A stretch of 64,000 bases of DNA, taken from the NCBI GenBank assembly GCA_965644265.1, contig OZ286469.1, positions 64,604,001 through 64,668,000 on the forward strand. Direction: 5' to 3'. The DNA comes from Glycera tridactyla (lineage: Eukaryota). The notes under the pieces are model-generated. The model did no database searches. It was given only the letters and a program-made list of their open reading frames with translations, and was not told where the DNA came from. A program made the translations under genes and the position numbers. Every line of letters starts with the position of its first letter. Positions within the stretch are counted from its first letter, which is position 1. Positions 12,347 to 23,020 of the stretch are shown piece by piece.

Positions 12347-15300
12347 CATTTTCCCAAATTCCATTCATAGGTAAAATTCAAATAATTTATCATAATAGAA
12401 TTGACAAATACACAAGGTGCATAAAATACAACAGAGAGGTTTGGTAGAGATGTAAGACATCTACCCATTGGCATACAATAGCTTGTTCCGCATTCACTCT
12501 ATTATTCAACTGCTATTACTGGCCTCGTATCCCCTGCCGATCCAGATATCTCGACAAATCGTACCAAACTACGGGGATTCCGACATTTACATCAGTCTGG
12601 TTGTGATATCAAATTAGCCAGTGTTAACTTACAATGTTTACATTTCAGAATTATCTCCGCCAGGTGATGACAAAACTCAAATCGAATTAAGGATTAGGTA
12701 TCAGTATAAGAGTTTGCCAATGGAAAGATGTGTAAAAAATAGTTTGGTGTCTTTGCACCTTCAACTAGAGCGCAATTCACTACTCCATCACACAACACTG
12801 AGATAATAAGAACTCTCGTCAAACCACCTCTCTCACACATTTCCCCACCAAGCATTCTGTGAGATCACTCAACAAAGTTTGTTACTGAAGCACACTACAA
12901 AACAACAAAGGTCATGAGAGAAAAGGAACCACAATAAATGATTTTTCTTTCTCCCGTGAATCTTAGCCAAATCATCCAGTAATTGAGTCGTCTGTGAGAC
13001 AAATTATTTTTTTATGCATTTTTACAATATAAATGCACCTATTTGCGACATACTGTTTTCTATGCTACTGTTATTTATCGATTTGCTTCAATGAAATAAT
13101 CCTCTTCAAACCGGAATTCCAAGCAATTGTACAGTAATTTATCATTCATCTCCATATTATACCTGACTATGACTATTTTGGTTAGTTGAAAAATTACAGT
13201 TATATACAAAGTGGATGGAATGAAGTGGAATCTATCTAGAAAATTTGCAAAATACGTGGGATTTGCATCCAAAAATGTGGTATTATTACTTCATTGTGTG
13301 CCCCAAAACAAACCTCTAATGAGATGAACACCTGGGTGGAGAAATATAGAAGAGAGATGGAAGAGAACGAAACCCCATAAAGACCGAACCATTCTGAAAC
13401 AAGGAGCGACACCCGGCACCTTTCTTTAATTATCCACAGAAACAGAATCAAACCGAAATGCAACCGATATATATCATGGCACCAATGCTTATGTCACAGT
13501 ATCTAGTGACAATGCTCAAGAGTGGTTTTGAAATCATGGGGAATGGTTGTTCTTCTGGTCTTCTTCAGGTTATTTTTGTATAAAATACAGGGAAATGAGT
13601 CTGAGTATGCCAAGCTTTCAGTTTAAGAAACTAAGGTTACAATAATGATGCAATTCGAGATGCTAGCAGAATCATATGGCTGAGTGTCTTAATCACATGA
13701 CGAAACAGTGTGAGCTGCCTAGTAATCTATACAATATCGTGAGAAACCGCAGCCAGGAAAACTAAACATATACACCAAGAAGAAAAGACTTGGATAGGAT
13801 TCCACAAGATCATCTTGAAAACACTACACAAATCCCATTGAGTGGTGCATAGCTTATATATCCCGACGCCATGGTTCCTACTCTCACACCACAGATTAGA
13901 GTTCTACAGCACCCCGTCATCATTCATATCCATGGTATAATACCCGTTCAGTGAGGCAGAGACAATCTTCAATTTCAATGTCATTTGACAGCAAAAGTAT
14001 CCAAGCAATCAGAATTGCCATTTGACTCTTTGTGCTCAAATATTCCCTGATACAACAGCATAGTGCACAAACATGATCTGCAGGCCCCCAAGACCAGATC
14101 AACCTAACAAAAGCCACCAGCTTCTAGCCAACAATCAGATCACTGAAAGCTGACCCCAATCCAGAATTTCCTAGATGGTATAAACATTTCTGACATTATC
14201 ATAATTTGACCATTAGTCTTTTTTCCACCAAAGATACCCAATACAAAATATGATCGTGTGCACGTACAGATCATGTTTGTCATCTATTCAATCAACGAAA
14301 CCTGGCAGAAACTCAAATATCTAAGATAGAAGATTTCAGCTTGTTTCTAGAACAAATATCTTCAGTGAGCTGGTCACCATCAATAAAGATCTGCCTCAAA
14401 ACAATGAAAAAATGCCCTTGGAAGATGAAGCTTGTCAACATTGCGGGAAAATATCAACTACTTAACTCCCTCTTATCAACTGATAACACTAACACAAACG
14501 GTACGCTGCAGCAACTCATTCAATTGTACGGCCATTAAGAGTACGAGGTGATAATATACCAACATGATCAAAGATGGCTGAACAAGAAGACCCACAAAAA
14601 ATGGCGATAACTTCCTCACTTGACCAACAGAGTGCAGCAGATCTGCACATGTTCAAACGTCTCAAGTTGGACAAAACAGCGGATACGCGCCACTTTAGGG
14701 GGAACCAGGAATTACAGCAGTAAGCATACTGAGGAACAACACAACAGATCGTTGATGAAGTGAGAATCTCACATACCATCAAACTTTGATAAACTGTGAG
14801 TGTAAGCACTGTACATAGTGGAAGTCCAGATCCAAGCATGGATCAACAACGACTGAAGAATCCTTATCCCTGATCTAATGTAAGTAACGAACCTCACAAA
14901 CAGGAGAGTATCGAGACAACAGAATGCATCCTGGGAGAAATGGAGTATTGCTTTCAATGTCAGAATTGGTGACTTGGAATGGAAGAAGGACAGGAAAGTG
15001 TCTCCCAGATACGGAAGCAATGAGATCCATATCTTTCTTCTGTGGCGGAATACCTTGGACATGACTGAAAATTCTTATTTTGATTTTGTTCTGCATGATG
15101 TGACCAATCAGCAACAGATCGACGAAGTGAATCCTGGCACTGCTTTCAAAAAACATTTAATAATATGCTAAAGAAGCATCTTCTCTAAATATGAGGATTA
15201 TGTCTCGCAGTTTGAGAATAGCATTTCGCTCAAAATCCCAACGCAAATTCCATCGAGTAGGATATATTTCACATCCTCAACAGGCAAGGAACGTCTGACT

Positions 15301-16705
15301 AATACAACCACATGGCAATTGGAACTATTGAAGCTGTGGCATGCCGCTTATGAGTCTGAATCTATACTCTCCTAATATGTAAACTTATCAACACAAGATC
15401 TGCCTTCTTACCAGTCAAAGTGGATGAACTAATTCAATATCGGAGCTGGCAGTTGCCATCTTGAGCAAATGTACTTTCTACTACATGTGAGCATTTATCA
15501 ACAGTCCTCACCCGCACCCAACCCCAAACCCTCATTATAGAATGAGCACTTGTAATCATGACTCTTGAGAAGTGTGATATCAAATAGGCCATAATGTGTG
15601 TAGCTGGTACTCACAATGAGTGTAAGTGTTATGTATCAAAAGCCTGGGGCAGTAAAGTCAGAGCCTTCCTATATTAACAACCAAATTATGATATGCAAGC
15701 AGAATATCAAAAGGTCGGTACAGCCATGTGTGAATACACTTATCATTATCGAGTTCCATAATAGTCCACAAAATCTGAACTGGTAACATATTTGATGATG
15801 AATCTAAAATCAGCGATTAAATTGATAACTGATACCTATAAGCCATTATCTGATCTCTTCTGAAAACAAATGAAGACCTTTGAATTTTGTATGAAATTTG
15901 AATATTTCACCTTTGAACATCTAAAACTGTCCACATGATGAAATACATGAGATATATGTATGGAAATTATCTGCAATACCACCCATGGGAGATTTGTTTT
16001 CCCAGCAAACTGAACACTGAATCATCAAAAGTTCAGTAATAAAGACATTGAAAGCACAATAAATATTTTCATGAGATGGTTGTTGAGCCCTATGTGAATC
16101 ATGTCATCCAACCCGGTACGTGTGGTTCCTAATGAACATCGGTTGAAAATGAAAAAAGTGCAGCAGCAATTTAAGATGCACAATCAAATATATATCGAGC
16201 AAAAAATGGAACTGGAATGCGGAACAAAGACTGTGTTTGGTAGTAGGAGTAGAGTGAAAACACCAAACTTTGACTGACTAAGTTGGCTCGAACATGCGTA
16301 ACATACCTGCTTCACACATCATCATAAAGACCTTGACAACAGAAGAGAAATCAAACACAACTCTCAGCTAAGGTCACTCACAGCTTCTTGTCCCTTGTCA
16401 TATCTGAACAAATGGCTCCTTCTTAAAATTAACTTTTCTAAAGAACAGCTGACTTAATTGCAGAAATTCAGTGAGCAATATGTATGAGCCAGATTCAACT
16501 TGCCACTTAACTAGTGGCACTCATCTACGAAGACGGAAAAAGCCATTCCACTGGCATCACTGGACCATTACAAGAATTACAAGATTATCAAAGCCTTCAA
16601 GAATCACAAACTGATCTTCCAATCATGTGAATTCAGTAGTACACAGTGCCGAAGCAATTCCTCCCAGTTTATCATCTGCTCACAAAATCATTATGCAAAT
16701 TATCA

Positions 16706-16805
16706 CATCTGTGGTATAACCTTTCAGTGTCTATCAACAAAGTTATGAAGCCAAATTCATCTGTGGTATAACATTTCAGTGTCTATCAACTAAGTTATGA
16801 AGCCA
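16706..16805. repeat. Tandem duplication, 52-bp unit, 2 copies
   Basis: CATCTGTGGTATAAC(C/A)TTTCAGTGTCTATCAAC(A/T)AAGTTATGAAGCCA begins at 16706 and 16758. Confidence 0.9.
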
Positions 16806-19800
16806 GAACCCACATCATGGTATCATTCAAAAAGAGCAAATGTCAAAATTTGCATCGTCTCTTTAACCATCACATTTGTGCAGTACCGATTTGTGAATTA
16901 TACAAATTGCACATCAGGACATAGGAATTAAAAAAAGGGGTGAAGACCAGTCTTCCAATATTGTGCTGTATGTTGATCTATATTGCTCACCAGGCAACAG
17001 AGATGAAGCTCATAAACATGTATAGGAAGAAATAGATAAGGACACGAACTTTACATGAACGCATTCACGCCGGATATTCCGGCGTTATATAAAGACACCA
17101 TTAGCATGGGAATAATCTCATACTCATCAAGTGTCAAAAGCCATATTGCTTCTGGAAATGTATCAAATCCAAAAAATCTTCAATAAAGAGAGAACAATCC
17201 CTGCTTGATAAGGGCAATTTTAATGATTATGAAAGAAGAAACATTTAATTTAAAAGACCAATCAAAAATTAAGATCATTGAAGGCAGCTGAGGGTCATTT
17301 ATTGTTCTTAATAAATAATGGAAGTCACAGACGTTATTCAAGAAGGATAATAGATCTTTGTTGTAAGACAATGAACCTTGGATGAAAAAAAGTGTTAAGA
17401 GTAGAATTAAGCAAATGTCTGTTTTATCAAAAGATTTTAGTAATTAAAATCACCCACCCCTCCCTTCATACTATGTATATATGGTACACATGACATTTAC
17501 AATGGAGAAATACGCAATTGCTTGTTTTCAACATGTGGATCACATTTAGCATTTATTCCAACAGACAGAGGACCTTTTCAATGAGGTCTTCGTGCACAAA
17601 ATAGCTGCCCACTCCCTGTTGTTAACATTACTGGAGGACTGACGCAAATTGGAGCATTCTCTCTGAATTTGGATGCTCACAAACTTCACTAAAACCTCCA
17701 ACAATCCAGTGTGACACACGTTCAGTGGCATCCCAGTAATATTATACAAAATGGGAATCCTTCACTGATATCTTGTCACCAGATGAGTAAACTCATTCAC
17801 CTGAATGCCAACACTCAAAGTCTATTCCATCCTAACGGGCCAATGTGGTTCTGTAGTCATGAAGCTAAGGAACAATAGAAACTAATAAACTCATGTAGTA
17901 ATTAATCCTTCTAGCCACCAGAATAGAAAGAAACCACGCACACGACTCCTTCACAAGAACTAACACAGGGACACACCGCGGTTATCATGTAAACTACCTA
18001 AAACCTACTGCGGGAATCCACCCAGCTGAATCTCACAGTAGTCACGGTTTGGAATGGACATTTGACGAGATGTTCCCATATGAATCAAACTAGAACTGCA
18101 TAAGCCTCACTGACACTGCTACAAAAAACACCGGAATTATCTCTATGTCCTGACACAGCTCCAATGAAAAAAACACTCCAGGAGGGTACAAGGAAGCAAA
18201 AACAAGATATCTAATGTACAATCTATCTGGGAAAAATCCAGTTTAGCAGCTCAACGTGTATGTCTTATCGTCATTTACATCTAACTGCACTCGTTAATGT
18301 ATGCATATATTAACACTGTGTTTACACCTAACGGACTGCACATGACATTTCTATTCACACATGAATCCAACAGACGATGAGCAGCTCCTCAATTTACACT
18401 TCTGCATCATTGATGTGAGCATGTGTGCTTTATTTGCTTCATGTGCGCGGTTTCGACAAGAAGCAATGACCACACACTGCACCACTGAACATACTCTCCC
18501 TTGCGAATAAAACGGGACTTCAATCCAACCCTCCGAAGGAGACTTCATCCTTTTTGCTCACAAGGGAGGTTGAATGGCTATAAAACACCTATAATATCAA
18601 CAGTTCTTATGACAATACAAACTTTCTGAGACATTATTGGGTTATATAAGTGACATATAAACAAGTATAACACAGTATCCACCCTGACAAAATGCTTACA
18701 ATCGCCATGACAACGCCCTATATTTAGTACATCCTGCTCTCCATCGTCATTGTTTATCAGGTAAGACAGTCTCGTTCCCTGGCACTTGTGTATACACCAA
18801 AGCGGTCAGCTGTATGTGTGATATCAGGTTGAATATCAAACGTACTTCTGGCCGCTTTGTGATACAAGAGAGCCATGGAGCGAGCATCAGTCAATGTCTT
18901 ACTCAGCAGTTCTACAATGTTTACAGACTGACTCATGAAAGCTTGGCCCTCAGAAATGTATAAAAATCTCTACCAATACTACATACATGTATACATACAA
19001 AAATAGATAAAATGTAAACATTGCAAATCCAGAAGAGTGGTCCCTTTGTGAGGTTAGCAACTCATTGGTCAACACAAACACTTCATTATCTGCAGCACAG
19101 ACTCGCAGATGCCATGTGGATACTTACAGCGTATGCATGCATGTGTCAGCGAACTACTGTAGTACACAGTCTTTCAGTCCCGTAAGGCATATGCTATAAA
19201 CAGACTTATGTTGGTCACTCGGAGCATTATCTTCGATACCACCTTTTAGAGGAAAGAGGAAGAACAAGCCAGACTTCGTCCTATGGCCTCTGTCGGAATC
19301 GGTCCTCTTCTATTCTCAGTAAGGCTATACCCCGCACAATGCTCCAGTGGCAAACATAAATCCAATATCGACATGCTCTGTAAGAGGAAATCTGTGCACA
19401 GATTTGTGATTATGCTGACAAAAGACCTGTCAAATCAATGCAGCGTGACTATCATGCATCAAAACTTCTCCCGGATTTTGTATATTAATGTACATCAAAC
19501 CCTGCGGTTATGACATCTTCAAGACATGACTGCATTAGTAGAACAGGCCCCAGAGAGTTGGCCCCATGAGGACAAAGCCATTCATTGATTTTGACACAAG
19601 ATCTATAAGTGTGGTATACCAACAAACGTAAGGCATGCAAGATAGCCTTAAACAACCTAGGTAAAGCAAGCAGCCAAAGCATTGCAAGACGTACACTGGG
19701 GCCTTCACACTCCCAACTGCAGTGAAGAAGTAATGAATAATGGCAGCGACAGGCCAACATGTGGTTGCAATTGTTCACGATTTCTTCGCTCCATCCGAGC

Positions 19801-22118
19801 GTGTAGAAGCCTCAGTGTACTGCTCTCGTGGAATCAACATTCACTAAAAGCCTGACGATCACTTGCATTGACGCTTCCTGTTTACAGTGGAACCGAAGAG
19901 CAGGTTTCAGTTACTCAACAAAACATATTCCATCATGACTTTCACTCTCTTGCTTTTGTCAGTAAGTAACTTGACAAGGCCATTTCTTTCTGGAGTTGCA
20001 ATGTGAACAACTCTCCCGAAGAGATGTGAGCATTTTCAATTTTTAATTTGTGATGATGTTGATTTTTCAACAGTCAGGTCTTGTCACGCCCAGGAGATGG
20101 CTCCTGATAGTTTCGTCACACCTGGTTTCAATGTGACAGCCACTCAAAATTGGCCATTGCCTGGGCATAATTCATTCTGCGTCAACACTGTAAAACAGAA
20201 TAGGGAAACTAAGACATGCAGTAGGGCGATAAAAAACAACACGTTGTTCCACCAAAGTTCTATTACTCGACAGTGCATGCATATTAGCCTACAAACTCCT
20301 AACTAAGGTCAGCCTAACCCTCACTGGCTTATAACCAGTGTTCCAGGTCAAGATCCAGAAAATCTTCATGCTGAGCAGCTGTAGAACTCCTTCGGCACTG
20401 GGACTTTTGCAAGTCTCAAAAGCCGCAGTGTCGGAGAAATAATACAGGGAATGCCTCAGCATCAGTATTTTCTGGAATCTTCTACCTGGGTGAGTTGGCT
20501 GCCAAAGCAGGAATGCAGGATATATTTAAGAAGAAAAAAAGAAATGCAGATGTTATAATTCCTCATAAATGACACAGATTAAACCAGTACCAAATGATCA
20601 AAGACAAATGAAAAGATTGAAAAACAAACAAATCAGTGTTTCATGAATTTTAGCACAAGTTTGCTTCAAAATATAACAACACCAAAAACCAGTGGATGTA
20701 TTACACAACCATCAACATTGGAAAGAGCATCCATTTTGGTCAAGCATCTTTACCTTGAACCAATGCATTGTAAAACTAGAGACCAAATATATTCTGTGAG
20801 GCCATCAGCCAACGGTCAGTTAGGATTCTGGCGTTCAACCACAAGAAGACATCCATTCAAGTATCACAACATCCCCTTCCATTATCAAATCCAATGGTAA
20901 TGCCATTGGCTTCAGTCATGGGAGAGTCTCATCATGGTTGAATGGACAATATTAATCTTGTGGAAGCATGCCAATGAAACCAACTTATGCCCTGCAGCTG
21001 ATCAGCAACGCAGAATACATTCAAACTTTTACCATACAATGATCAAACGCCAAGAAGCTGGACCAAAATACTGCTTCCGATGAAGATGATATCACAAGTA
21101 GATCGTTAAATTTGGATTTGGAAAATTGCTGGTGGCGGTATAGGAATGGTTTCTGACTTTCTGTTTTACAGTCTTGCCCAGAACTGACCTATCAATGAGT
21201 CATTACATATTAAGCAAGTGGTAAAAACATCAAACACCAAGAATCGACACATACTGGTTGAACCAGCACCTTCCCTCCGCTGTAATGTTGCCAACATGTA
21301 CAAACGATGATGCATGTCGGGATATCCAATAAAGCAGTGTTCACCTGTGATATATGATGCATGGGGAAGCCAGAATTGAGCACGCTAGTTACATCTGCTA
21401 TGGTCATGGCTGTTGCCCAAGGACAACAGCTATCGCCATAACAACTGGAATTAGGATGCTCAACTGGTATGAGAAGATACATGTCATGGAGCTATGAATG
21501 ATGCCTGGTCAGAGCAGCATTTATGCCATTTGCTTTCATCCGACTTGTCGTCTCTCAAACAACAAGCATGACTAAAGCAACGGAAGACAGCGTACTCTGA
21601 TCAGACCAACTATGATGAGACAGACAGTAATGCATTCTTTCTATCAGTGAACCAAAACAAAAGGTGAAGATGTCAGGTACATCACAGACTGAGAGATGCT
21701 TGATCAATCATGGGGGGGTCGTTCTTGCTGGTTGATGTAGTTACGTGTTATATATATATATATATAATAATTACAGTGCCCACAGCCTGTGTAGCCAGGT
21801 CACCCCAATGGTTCAGGATGCACCCTGTTCATCCACAGCCCTCCCCACACACAAGACACACACACCAGCCACTATAGATCCAGTAAATCGAACACTATCT
21901 TAAGCAGTATGTGCAGAAATTTGAACACATCTGTTATGGTTTTTATGCAAAAAGAAGGGTCATATTTCATCATTGTAAGATGGTTACTACAATTTACAAA
22001 TAAGAATAATTTTTCTTAGTTTGAGTATGAATATTATAAAGTAGACTTGAAATTGATTGGAACTTCTTCAACTGCATACTGTTTAATATGTAAAATTTCC
22101 ATAAAATTATTGTGCAAA

Positions 22119-22124
22119 TTTATT
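22119..22124 (-). promoter_or_regulatory. Candidate proximal polyadenylation signal (AATAAA) for the TIA1/TIAL1 transcript
   Basis: First AATAAA on the minus strand downstream of the GC-rich terminal coding region, in U-rich context. Confidence 0.35.
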
Positions 22125-22593
22125 CGAAAAATGAATAAAACGTGTAATACTGGGAAACAAGTGCTATATATGATAAATACATGGTGACAAGATGGACATG
22201 AAGATTTGAAAAAGAGAAAAAAGAACACAAAAATGACTATAATGGTAGAAAATGATTGCTTCGTGGAAATGATATGGAGTATTCCGATGGGTGGACAGTA
22301 GTGGCTGCTGATGGGACATAGTGATAGGGGGCGCCGCTATCTGAGATGATGAGGGGCACTGACGGGGCCGCGGCCGCGTCACCAGTTGGTGACGCCGCAA
22401 AAGCGGCCGGAGGTGAGTGGGCTATACAAGATGGGGTTTTCATGATGGCGTCGCCAACGCCTAGTGGGGATGATAGACAACGCCACGAGGCGGCGGCGGC
22501 GCCAGCATCATCGCTTATGCCTGCACCCCTTGAACACTCTGGGCCTAAACAGCTAGCACTGCACAGTGGGAGGAGAGCTCTCTCTAAAAGGGG

Positions 22594-23020
22594 TCACTTA
22601 TAATGTTTCACTTTGGGAGAGATCATGTGCTCCCGGTCGTCACCACCATTACGTGAGTATGGGTGCGCCCGAACATTCGAAGACGGCTGATCGGAAGATG
22701 GAGAGTATTTTGATTTTTGGAATTTGAGAAAAGGATTTTCGACTTGAGTTGGGGAAGAATCTGCCTGCTCTGAGGGGAAGGCACCAGAGGAGGTGGGAGT
22801 AGCTACAGTGCCAGAGATGGTGGAGGACGGTGTGTTTGTAACACCGGTGGACTGCGGCGATGTGAAACGAGGAGGTAAACGAGGTGTGGAGGAAAGCGCA
22901 CCTTGCTGTATAGGGTGATATCCCAGCATGCTCGCTGCTGCCGTCTGCTGCCCGTTGTAGGTTTGCTGCTGCCCCGGTGTCATTTGCATCCCTGTCCACT
23001 GCATTGGCATGTTCATGCCT
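22594..23020 (-). CDS. TIAL1: TIA1/TIAL1 last coding exon ([39 protein letters not shown]...KVKHYK*)
   Basis: Acceptor gctgtgttacag|A completes the Gly codon in phase 2; Q/M-rich start continues the prion-like domain; TGA at 22594-22596. Confidence is higher for 22902-23020 than for the distal part. Confidence 0.8.

Noticed and set aside
22346-22603. Plus-strand 85-aa ORF (MMRGTDGAAAASPVGDAAK...)
   Set aside because: Antisense shadow of the GC-rich minus-strand terminal coding region; no independent support.
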